Virus record (IMG/VR): IMGVR_UViG_3300046408_000009
Location: 11,047 to 75,046 of that record
Length of the DNA stretch: 64,000 bases
Reading direction: 5' to 3' (one strand)
Source of the DNA: a virus
Taxonomy: Duplodnaviria; Caudoviricetes
This document shows positions 47,293 through 57,932 of the stretch, piece by piece (position 1 is the stretch's first letter; every line of letters starts with the position of its first letter). The notes under the pieces are model-generated. The model saw only the letters and a program-made list of their open reading frames with translations, had not been told where the DNA came from and did no database searches. The position numbers and the translations under genes are program-made.

Positions 47293-48831
47293 TCAGTGCC
47301 GCGCTTCACCAAACCACTGCACCATGATGTGGTCCGCGAGCATTTGTTTGTGCGCCTTGATAGCGCGGGAACGTTTAATGGGGTGCCACCTCGACGGCAA
47401 GTTGGGAACCACGGGCCAGATTTGCATTAGGAACTGATCTTGCAGATATTGCTCAACGTTGATCATGCCGTAGTGCGCTTCGATGGTGGCGCGTTGGTTG
47501 GGGTGCACGATGATGCGGTCAGGTTCCATTGGCAATCTTTGTTCGTAGGTATTCAATTTCAATCTGGCCGGGGCTGCGGTGGCAGTAACACGAGAAGGGT
47601 CCCTCGTCGTCGGGATCGTCATTCTCTTCGCGTTCACGTTGGCCATTGCACTCGCCATCGCCCTCGTAGCCCCATTCGTGTTCTGCAAATGTGTGTCCGC
47701 ACGGTTCAGGGTAAGCACCGGGCCAGACGTGCACGAACGCCAACAATTCTGGTTCCGGGTCGGGGAATGGTTCAGCCGCCATCAGTTCTCTCCTCCAAAC
47801 CCAGCGATGATGTGTGTCTCTCCCTCTGGGGCCGCCAACATCGCGATGAGGTCACGCGATAGTTCCGGGAATTCCTCGGAACAGACTCCGGCATACGTCG
47901 CTAACGCCTGACGAGCAAAAGGGTCATGGGTCACGTCAAGGACGAAATACCAGCACCCGTCGTGTTTGGTGCCCGGTCCTTCATTGCCGTCCTTTCGCGA
48001 GACGTTGAACTTACCGCCTTGGTGCAATCCATCAGTTTTCATTTTGTCCTCCCTCTGGGGCCGGGGTGAACCTCACGCAGGCACACCCCCCTACTCGACC
48101 GTCAATAACGACAGTGGCGTTGCAATCGTTCCTCTTGTGGAGATGTCCGCGATGACCGCAATAACATATCTGCGCTCGTTTCGATGGTCGCATCATTCAG
48201 CCCCCTCTGGGGCCGGGGCAATCAGAGAGCGCAGGTAGTCGAAGTCACCGGGGGCGAACTTAGTCTCGAATATGGCTGGCCCAGCCGACCAAAAACCATG
48301 TGTCTCAAACGAGTTTTCCCCTATCAATTTCAGCACCCGCTCGGCTCGTTCGGCACTCTCTTCGGCGGCGGCGAGCGCACAGCACATCGATGAGCAATCA
48401 CCCGTGCAGTCGTCGTGATTACCCGCTAAGCAAGGTTCACACGGCTTGTACGCCTTCAGCGCGTCTCTCTCGGCCTCTACTGAGGCGAGGCGGGCAAGTT
48501 CGTCAGCCGCTTCCCATGCATCCATATAGTCGGGCAAGGCCACGCTCGTGATGCCATCCGATGCCCTAAAGGGGCCGGTGTCGCGAAGCCGCTCAATCAA
48601 GGGGCGACCAAGGCGTACTGACTCCAAACGCGCCTTGAGTTCTTCGTGTCGGGTTTCATCGCGTTCGGTGGTGAGAATCATCGTCTCGTTTGGTTCCGTC
48701 CCGAAAGTGTGATCGGCACCAACGTGATTCTTGAGAGGTTGCCCGCAAGTAGCAATTTCTTGATAAGTGCACAGTGCGGGCTTGTCGAGTCCGAGTTCCG
48801 CGAGTTCATCGCCGGTTAGGTGTTCAGTCAT
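47293..48831 (-). CDS. Chain of five short genes (47293-47529, 47519-47782, 47782-48042, 48032-48193, 48193-48831)
   Basis: Coupled ORFs; several carry CxCGH...H...C...CxC metal-binding patterns. Confidence 0.6.
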
Positions 48832-49046
48832 TCGTTCTCCGTCTTTCGTCGTGAGGGGAGCCTACCAGTCGAAAACGAAATTTGCAAAAAGAAAGGGGGA
48901 AAAGTACGTCGAAAAATTTTGGGGAGGGGCCGCGAGACACCGGGGTGGTGGGATAAAAATTTGAGACTTCTTGCACGTGGGTGCACTAAAACTCATTGTT
49001 GTCTTTGGCAGTGCAGGTGGTGTGGTGGGTGGCAGAGGGTGCCGGG

Positions 49047-49469
49047 TCAAGGGGTGGTGGTCGGTGTGAGGAGTTCGATGGTGCGATCCGCTTCACCACT
49101 ACCATCCTCACCCTCGAACCTCATGCTGACCTGTGACTGGTCGTTGAACACCACCACCACATCGTGACCTAGGACGTGCCTGATCTTGTCGACTCGAACG
49201 ATGTCAGCGCGGTTCTGCAAACAAACCATCCGCAGGGTCAGAAACGTCATCATGGTGTCTCGATTCGTCAGTGTCTTTTGCAATTTGCAGAATTAATCAA
49301 GGAGTGGTATTTTACCTCAGCCTGAAAAAGCATGCCTTGCCTAGTGATGGCGATCTCGTGGCTTCACGGGCCATACGGCCAGCACCGCGCTCACCAGCAG
49401 CGCGATCACCAGGCACACGAAGGGTCCAATCACGAGCACGGCCAGCAATAACCACATCCACCAGGGCAT
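49047..49469 (-). CDS. Two small genes (49047-49253; 49341-49469, a 42-aa TM peptide)
   Basis: The TM peptide reads MPWWMWLLLAVLVIGPFVCLVIALLVSAVLAVWPVKPRDRHH* (my translation). Confidence 0.55.
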
Positions 49470-49579
49470 GGTCGCCACCCTACAGCACAGCGCGTTGTCT
49501 ACTTTCGAAAATCGGCGTTATCACCATCGAACGATTTTCGTTTTCCCTGATGAGAGGCTATGAAAACACGCATAAATCC

Positions 49580-50240
49580 TCATTTTCTATCAGCCCATAA
49601 TATACGTTATGTAAAGTTGATGTGGAAAAAGCCAAGTTGATGAGGTTTTATGCAGAAAGTTTTTGCAGAAAAGGCTTGCCCCCCACTGATCCCAGCGACT
49701 AGGTTGTTGGTGGCGGAGAAATCGATCTGCAGGTCGAAATCCCATCACTGTGAAACCAGTTCTGCGCGAGCAGGAAACTTCCGATCTTGCCCAGCGGTGG
49801 GTTGTCGTAGGTGGTTATACCATCGAGGCACCATCGACTGGGCATTTTCGTTTTTCGGGTCGACTCGAAAATTGCAAATCTCAGAACCGAAAATTGCAGA
49901 ATTTCGGCTAAACGAAAAATTCGGTACGCGGGTGGCATGGTTGGATGGGCGGATGGTCTCAGGGGGCTTCCTCAAAACACTTCTATTTTAAACGAATTTC
50001 CCCCTCATCAGGGATTACAGACAGTTTCCGGGGTTTGCTCCTATTGTTACTCCTAGTTTGCATTTCGTGCATGCCTACTCCCTATACCCCTTACTCACTC
50101 TCACGTTTAGTATTTAGCCTTAAATACTGTCCTAACTGTCTAAGTGTCATATAATACCTGATAAGGAGCAACCCAACCGACTCCAAAATCGTCTACAAAC
50201 TGTATTCGACTGTCCTACCCTTTTCGGTTGGTTCGCCCCC
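49580..50240. other. AT-rich non-coding region, candidate origin/genome terminus
   Basis: No credible ORF; CGAAAATTGCA x2 (49866, 49888); ACTGTC(C)TA x3 (50126, 50135, 50209); TATAAT at 50150. Confidence 0.5.
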
Positions 50241-50280
50241 AAAAAGCGAAAATCCCGTCCGCTGACAGATGCGAACGGGA
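50241..50280 (-). terminator. Intrinsic terminator
   Basis: TCCCGTTCGC-atctgtca-GCGGACGGGA followed by TTTTCGCTTTTT on the minus strand. Confidence 0.75.
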
Positions 50281-50305
50281 CCTTCACTAACGAATCATGT
50301 AGGGT

Positions 50306-51457
50306 TCAAACAGTCTCCTCTCCACTCGACGGTCGATCAATGAGCGTCAGGTAGTGAATCGAGACGTATTTTCGTTGCGTCGGTCCACGACGTAAGAACG
50401 CTTCTTCGCCGTTCAGCCCCGCCACGGTCCACCCGTTTCCAGCAGTCGTATGGTGCACGACGTCCCCGATTTTCGGGTAATACGTCACGGGGAAATTCGG
50501 CCTCTTCCCACCGGTTGCCACGCGTTGCACCGCTGGTGTCTCTTCCGAATACCCGTTGATCACTATCTCAATGGCGACGTCCATCGTGCCCGCCGAGACA
50601 TCACGCGGCAGTCGGTCTCGACGCGCCCTCAGTGCCGTCACGAGCCGTTCGAGCGCGTCAGACGATACACCGGCCCAGTTGGTGTCATTGGTGCTCATTG
50701 GAACCCTCCGCTCCATGTTTTACGTTTGGCGACTCGACGTTCTTGTGATCCGGCGTGACGTACGCAAAACGGTCCGAGCCACGATCCATCCACGTCAAGG
50801 ACTGAGACGTGTCCGTGCAGGGTGCAGCCCTTGAACCACACGCAGGGTTCGAGTTCTCGCTGTTGCGCGAGCGCGTGCGTCTTGCAGAAGTACCCCACCG
50901 GCACGATCCGATTCGAGTCGATCACGACCCAATTCCCTTCCCGGCCACAGCCGTTTTGCACACAGGTCACCCGTGCGATCTCGCGAATTGTGATCATTTC
51001 CGGCTCCCAAAAAACACGTTCGCAACCCGCAGGTACATATCCACCAGCGACCAGAAATCGGGACCAGCCTGCATCGCGAGTGGCGAATTATGGCACGAGT
51101 TCTTTACCCGATCAATAGCCTCTGCGTCGAGCACCAGATCACACTCGCGCAGTCCAGAGTGCACGTGATAGCGCACCCCGCGACCGCCGCCAGTCCGATA
51201 TTCGAGGGGCTTGGCACAATTCGGGCACAGCATTGTCTGGCGTCCATAACTGCTCACGACGCCTCCTCTAGAAGGTGTAAACGCAGATAGTGTTCGCGGC
51301 GGTTGTGCCGCTCCCAATCCTTGCGAGCGAGTTCGTGCACGACCTCTCGAACGCCGACGTGCACGATCCCGCGATGCGCTGGCGTGTGCCAGTCACACGA
51401 GAACCGCGCTCGCGCACGGGGTGCGCTGGGACGCGGCGTACGGGTGTTCTTTCCCAC
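50306..51457 (-). CDS. Four small genes (50306-50698, 50695-50997, 50994-51257, 51254-51457)
   Basis: Coupled; several Cys/His zinc-binding patterns; driven by TTGCAA-17-TAAGAT at 51486-51514. Confidence 0.6.
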
Positions 51458-51732
51458 GGGATGGCTCCTTTAGTAGTGCGTACGTATCTTATTGCAAAAA
51501 CTGTTAATTTGCAAATATCAGCACGATCACCGCGACCACGATGAGCGACAGTGCGAACAGTCCGTGCTTCTGTTCCCAGGTCATGTCAACCGAAACTGAC
51601 TCAGCGGCACGTCCGGAGTATCCTCACCGCAGTAACCACAGTGGTGCCCACCCTGGTGCGTGCGGCCCGGTCGAGCACACTGGTGCGGTGCTTCGCACAC
51701 CTCGCAGTACCCCCACTCTGTTTTGCATTCGC

Positions 51733-53137
51733 TCATGGGAACCCGATTTCTTCCGCACTGACGTAGATGGTTTGACCGACTCCGGCGTAGGCCTTGATCA
51801 TCGCGAGCGTGAGCGGATCATTGTCACTACCCAGTAAATCGAAGTCATCGATCTCGACGTTTTGAATTGTGCAGACTTGGTATATATGTTTAGCCATCAC
51901 TTCTCCTCTATCGCGCAGATAATTGCTGCGACCAAACACAGACAGAAGGCGAGAAAACACGACGTCGCGAACGTGGCGTGGTATGCAACATCCTCGTGGT
52001 TCCACAGTTTGTGCGTCTCAATGCACGCGACCGTGGCCCAGAATTCGACCACCATCACAGCAGCAGCGATAGTTGCGAAAACTAAAAATAAGCCCATCAT
52101 GACCAGTCCTCTTCACGCCACTGGGACTCTGGCAGCCCCAACTTTTTAGCGACTCTCTTCGCTCGACGCAACTCCGCGAGCCACTTGCGTCTCGTCCACC
52201 AACCACCTTCGAGGTGTGACTGCAGGTAGGAGTCGATGGCTATAGCAACCATGACCCTCTCGTCTTGGCGCAATGGGGATTTGTTCACGACAAATCTCCG
52301 GTCAGCAGGTCATTCAGGTAGTGGAGATCATCAACGGAAATAACGATCTCGTGTTGGAGAGTGATCTTCTTGAATGATTTCAGCAACTTCAACAGTCGTT
52401 CTGCACGCTCGATCCTCTGGCCCTGGGTATTCTTAATGTCGTCAATCACGGCGTCAATCAGTTCGATCTCTTGGCGTAATTGCTTGACCTCAGCCAACAG
52501 CGCCGGGACTCGCTCATCCACGCGTCCCGTGCCGTCACAGAACTCACAACCGATCATCTCGTGCGAACCCATGTACTCGACACCGGACGGTTCCGATCCC
52601 GAACCGTGACAATTGGGGCAGTCGGTCATGTACTCGCTCGAGGAAGAATCAGCGATGTGCATGCGCAGCACCTTGAGTCCGTCATCTCGATTAACCCACT
52701 CGCCCACGGTGATTGACGCGCCGTGTTCGTTCTCAACTTCTACGAACGGCAATGCACTGCCGGGTCCTCCCCCGAATACGATGTCAATTTGCACCGTTGT
52801 TCTCCTTCATTTGTGTCGGACTACCATTCGCATATTTTGCAAAAATGGTTCTCAGTGATGAAAAGCAGAATGGCTAGTGTCATCGTTGAGCCGCCTTCCA
52901 ACCCAGCGTCCACGCCTGCTGCGCCACACTGACGCACGCTTGGAACTGCGCGGGAGTCTCGTTGGGCACCGGCATGCACAACACGATGATGTCCTTGTGC
53001 GGGATCGATGGCGTGCGTTGCGGAGTGGACGTGACCGTAAAAATGATGACTAGAACACCGACGAGTACGGCGAACGCCGACATGATCTCAATGAATGTAC
53101 GATCTCGTTGGGTGAACGGTCTCACGACTGGCTCCAA
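51733..53137 (-). CDS. Small-gene array including 2-TM proteins and a DnaJ-type CxxCxGxG protein (52285-52794)
   Basis: CPNCHGSG...CEFCDGTG; TM ORFs at 51897-52100 and 52880-53137. Confidence 0.6.
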
Positions 53138-53489
53138 TCCCTCGACAGCAAAATGTCAATGTCGGCTTGCAGTTGTTTACGCCGTGAGCGCCACGCCTGA
53201 CGAGCGCCCAGCGAACTTCGATACGGTGGCGCGTGGGACTCGTCAAAATCCATCGCGCTCAGTTGCTCGCGCAGTTTCGCGACCATCCGATCTCGCGCCT
53301 CCGCGACGACGTCATGACTCGTGGGGATCAGTCGACCGCAGTTCTTGCAGTGCTCATCGAACTCGTAGTTGGAATCATCACGACATATGACGATATTGAG
53401 TGTCGGTAGGTATTCCCAACGGCATAACGCGGAGCAAAACGGGTACGTCCGCTCTTCATCGTTGTTCGTCCACGTGACTAGAAAGGTGG

Positions 53490-53849
53490 TCACGAATTCT
53501 CTTCCCACGGCTGGACGTCGGGTGACAGTTCTCCGTCCCAACAAATTCGTGGGGATAAATGTGCAATGGGCAGTTGACCCACCGGCACGAGACCCGCAGC
53601 GTCGAGTTTCAACTGCACACACCACAGGGCACTCAGCATTGGCTTCTCCGCCTCTGAGATGTCACTGAGACCGTTCGTGTGCCACTGAGCGGCCCGGTAC
53701 CACGCGTGTGCGAACCGCGTGGGGTCAAGGTGCGCGATACCTAATCCAGGCTCTTGGGATCGCGCTGCGCATTCGGCACAGCCGTCCTTGAGCAGTTGAT
53801 TCTCGGTACCGGGTTGGTGGTAATCGTGCCCCGCTGGTGCGTCACTCAC
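53490..53849 (-). CDS. HDYHQ...DGCAEC family protein, copy 1
   Basis: Paralog of 55107-55430. Confidence 0.65.
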   Translation of the reverse strand: MSDAPAGHDYHQPGTENQLLKDGCAECAARSQEPGLGIAHLDPTRFAHAWYRAAQWHTNGLSDISEAEKPMLSALWCVQLKLDAAGLVPVGQLPIAHLSPRICWDGELSPDVQPWEENS

Positions 53850-54869
53850 GTGTTCTTCTCCAATTCTGCAATTACCGCGTCGAAAATTTCAATCAAAACT
53901 TCGGGGGTGCATCGCGGGTCTCCATCATTGAAGTCAACCATCGAAAACTTGTCACGAGGAATTTCGAAACGTTCCAATGTGGCTATCGCGATGAGGTTGC
54001 ACGCGTCCTCAGACATGTGTTCCGCAGCCACCCAACTCCCATCACGATAAAAAAGAGCACAGCACTCTTTCTCGAATCGCGGGTACCCATCGGTCCAGCA
54101 CCATCCGTCATCACCGGCAATCCGTGCACGTTGCACCTTCAACTCACCCAGAATTATCTGTGTGTCCATCACGAAACCCTCCCTTGGGCGATTAGTGCGT
54201 CGAGTTGACGTTGCAACTCGTTACTCAATTCGGTCAAGAACTCGATGGATTCCTCGTGGTTTACCTGGACTCCATCGATCCATAGTTCTATGCCAACTCT
54301 CTGCACTGCTTCAAGCGAGCCAATGAATTCTCGCCCGCTTGATAGGGTGCCCCCGTTGATTCCGGCGAGCAACCATCGCAGTTGTTCCTTACTCAGCATT
54401 TTCAATTTCCCTTTCCGAGAGATCAGTGATGACGTTCCACGCCTTGAATAATTTGCAGCGACCCTTGTGATAAATCACCTTGCCTTCGAGTTCCCAACGA
54501 CGTCCCTCGAACTCTTGTTGACAACCAGGGCACTTGTCCTTGATCATCCGAAATACTCCCTGATACATCCGATCACGACGCTCATTCCGGGCCAGTTGCT
54601 CATCCACGTTCATTTTGGGGGACGTCCTTCCAGTGTGTGATGTCGAGCCGGTCCATGATACGCAGTCGTCGCGCGGACTCGCGAGCCTTGGCTGCGAGTT
54701 TGCGGTCAGACTTCAGCATGCGCTCCCACTTCGCGAGTATCCCGTGTGTCCCCTTGATTGCTTCGTCTTCGTATCGCAATATCAGGGCTTCGGTAGTCTC
54801 CGCACGAGCGTCGTAATCAATCGCGTTGCGCTCGTGCTGTTCCGCGTCGGTAATCTGCTTGTCTGTCAT
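53846..54869 (-). CDS. Four small early genes (53846-54172, 54169-54405, 54389-54613, 54600-54869)
   Basis: Coupled ORFs; the first is leaderless after TTGCAA-17-TAGGAT (54876-54904). Confidence 0.6.
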
Positions 54870-54906
54870 ACGATCATCCTAATCTGGTTTTTGCAAATTT
54901 GCAAAT

Positions 54907-55430
54907 TTACTTTTTCTCCGTCACCAAGGTGACTATCGCGCACAGCACGATGGACAGAATCACGAACACGGCAAGCGCCAGCGCGTCATCCGTGTTGGGT
55001 GTCTTCGACCCCAGCGTGTACCAGGACCAGTGCGCGTCATCGACGTGCACCCACTCCGCGACGAGAAACGCGGTGAACAGTGAGAGGAGATATCCGAGTA
55101 CGCGCCTCATGATACGAACCGATTGACGTAGCGAACCACGTCAAACAATTCCAACAGTGGTCTCTCGGTGGAACTGGTGGGTCCGATGTCCTTGCCCACG
55201 CTCCAATCTTCCGAGCGTTGAGCAGCACGCTGGATATCGTTCTGGTCAAGATAGCCAATAGCCAACCTTGCATCTCCGCGACGAATCAGGTTGGCCCGTC
55301 TCTCGCACTCGGCACATCCGTCGAACCAAATCTGTCGTTCGTCATATCCCGGCAGTTGTTGGTGGTAATCATGTACCATCAGTCGTTTCCTCTCGCATCT
55401 GCATGCACCCATCCCGCGCCAAGACTCCAA
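54907..55430 (-). CDS. 2-TM protein (54907-55110) and HDYHQ family copy 2 (55107-55430 or shorter)
   Basis: Hydrophobic helices; HDYHQQLPG...DGCAECERR. Confidence 0.6.
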
Positions 55431-56362
55431 CTGCCCTTAAACCCCTCAACCTCATGGTCGCGAACGATCTGTCCGGTAAAGGTTTGGTACGCCTGAACGC
55501 TCGTCGCAACAGTTCCTTCGGGCACCGTGTGTTGAATCCCGCTGTGGTGTGGGGCACGGATCACTGCATTTTCAGTGGCTATGCATGTTGACATTATTGA
55601 TTACCATCTTTCTTGTTGTGCTTACGCTTCTTGTGAATTTTGAGACCATTTTCTGCAGACTGCTCGTACGCGTACCTAGCGCGGCCAACGGCGGGGCATC
55701 CTGGCTCTTGACATGCCCACCGCCATCCTCCGCCAACAACTCCGTTACTCACACCTAACATGGTCGCCACTTTCCAATTCCTACGAGTCCGTCAATGAGT
55801 CCATCAACGTACGTCTGTGCCAACTCCACCGTTGTGAACAGAGAGTGCTGGAAGATTGTCTGACCGATCTCGTTGTACACACGCACGACGCACTGACCAT
55901 CTGCATTGACCAACGTCTCGATATTCGCCTGTGACTTTCCTTTACGGAATCTGCTGGGGTACGCTTTCTGCGTCCACTCTTGATTGGTGTTATTCACTAC
56001 CGGTCACCGTCCTTCAAATCATCACCGAAACTGCGATTCACGTAGCAACTCGCGACGTAGGCAACCTCACCAATCTCGTCACAGTAGACACCCGTCAATT
56101 CACCCTTGATGAACTCCTTGCCACCGCGAATGAACACGCGACGTACGGTGTAGGTGTCGTCACCGGCCAACAGAACATCGACCCAGTATCCGGCACCAGC
56201 GGGGAAACGGAGACCTACTACTTCGCTTCGCGTATTGTACAGTGCGTACCTGCAGCCACCACTGATTGCCATAACGTTCATTGCTCCGATTTGGGTGAGC
56301 AATTCAGTCTCGTTGATCGACTTGAAGAGGTCAAATTGATTGATTACTTGGTTTTCTGTCAT
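55379..56362 (-). CDS. Four small early genes including a 52-aa C2H2 peptide (55594-55752) and a leaderless conserved hypothetical (55997-56362)
   Basis: WACQEPGC...LKIHKKRKH; ATG ACA 6 nt after TACGAT. Confidence 0.6.
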
Positions 56363-56465
56363 ATGAATATCGTAGCCTCATTTTTGCAAATTTGCAATTA
56401 TTTTTTGCAAAAACTTTTGCAAATATGTGTCAGGTGATCCTGCAAATCAGTGATATGATCACCAA
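56363..56465. promoter_or_regulatory. Divergent promoter region with several TTTGCAA(A) boxes
   Basis: Minus strand TTGCAA-17-TACGAT; plus strand extended -10 TGATATGAT at 56451-56459; boxes at 56383, 56391, 56404, 56416. Confidence 0.8.
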
Positions 56466-56515
56466 CAAGCCGGGGGGACGACACCCCGGCCTCAGACGAA
56501 AGAGACGAGAGATAA

Positions 56516-57534
56516 ATGCATGACACTCATCACCCACTCACCGGAGCGACGGTCACTCTGACAATTACGACGGTGGTACCTGCGCACGAAACTGCACCGG
56601 TAATTCAAGAACTGCAGGGGAAAGAATTCAGGATCGAAGACTGGCAAGATCGCGTCTTCGGTAAGAGTTGGATGGTCGGAAACGGAAACCCCGCGTGTAT
56701 AAAATACGCGATCCGTTCCGCTTTCTGTGGTCTACCCCTCGATGACGAGGTGGTGTACGGCAAGATAGGTAGCATTGGCCACATCGTCCACGTGAGTGAA
56801 TTCGAGGCTGACACAAAGTGACTGAGCACATCGACATCCCGCTGGAGTCCGTGGACTACCTCATCGGTAGCATGCTCGCGGGCAAACACTCTGAAGTGCT
56901 GGGCGGACTAACAGCGATACGCAAACTATTGCGAGACCCCAACATCCGGTCAGAATTCGAAATCAATTCCACGGTGTTGATCCACCACCAAATGAATCGG
57001 ATCACGGAATTGGAGAACGGTGCTGCAGCATTCTTGAGGGACGTCAACGTGGGTAAGCCATCGAGCCACGATGGATTTTGCGAAGCATTTCAGGAGTGGC
57101 TTGATACCACCAAAAAGGATTACGACGAGCGCGTGAAAGATTTGTTGGTGCAGAAATGACCAAGAGAATGACGATCAGTCACGGTGGGCATCACTTAGAG
57201 ATTCAAAGATCGGATAACCCGCAGCAAAGAAAGTGGCTCGCGACGGTGCGTGAATATCCAATGCTGTGGTGTAGTGACGAATCGTTTGCCGAAACGCTTG
57301 CAGGCATGGTCAAGAGAATCAACGAAATTATCTCGTACCGTGAACTTCACCCCAAGGACTTGGGAAGATTTCGACCATGACGGGCAACTGATGCCTGAGA
57401 TTCGACGCCGTTGTCCGGAGTGTGAAGAGATCACCACGCACGTAACGCACAAACTCACCAGTGCGTTTGGCAACAAGGTTGAGGAGCGTTGCAAAGAGTG
57501 CGGACGAACGAGTACGCGCAGCGTCGACTACTGA
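56516..57534 (+). CDS. Plus-strand cassette: 56516-56821, 56818-57159, 57156-57380 (HicB-like), 57391-57534 (Zn ribbon)
   Basis: FRIEDW...GNPAC..YA.R conserved phage pattern; WLATVREYPML..S.ES..E.L HicB-like; CPEC...CKEC. Confidence 0.6.
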
Positions 57535-57929
57535 TCAACGATCTCAAAGTTGTGGTCAACGAAAGCGTGTCGAGCACGTAGGTACAGACGCATGGCGTCG
57601 TCGTTATCCGTGCACCGCTGAACAACTGGCCACTCCCCGTCGAGTCCGGGTAAACGCTCACCGTTAAGGTATCCACGCATGATGACGTGGTGACCATCTA
57701 ATTCCAATTCGACGTCGTGCGTGCCGTGCATATTGTGGTGCGGGCAGTGACGACGAAAGTGCACGGACCTGTCCATGTCGTACGCCTCGTGCGGGATCGA
57801 TTCGTCGTCTTCGGTTTCCATCTTCACGAGAAATACCTTGTCGGGGTACTGCTCCGCCATCGAGTGCAGCCACTCCACGAACTGCTGTCCGTTCATCTCT
57901 ATCATGCCGTCGAATTCATCCATTTGCAA
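57528..57929 (-). CDS. Hypothetical protein
   Basis: Preceded by TTGACG-18-TAGAAT, near-leaderless. Confidence 0.6.
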   Translation of the reverse strand: MQMDEFDGMIEMNGQQFVEWLHSMAEQYPDKVFLVKMETEDDESIPHEAYDMDRSVHFRRHCPHHNMHGTHDVELELDGHHVIMRGYLNGERLPGLDGEWPVVQRCTDNDDAMRLYLRARHAFVDHNFEIVDQ

Positions 57930-57932
57930 ATT

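Noticed and set aside
49650-49991. ORFs of 76-113 aa on both strands in the AT-rich island
   Set aside because: No SD or coupling, mutually overlapping frames and atypical composition; treated as non-coding.
36443-57932. Lysogeny module (integrase/repressor/attP)
   Set aside because: No tyrosine or serine recombinase motifs were recognised. One may lie outside the window, so lifestyle cannot be called.
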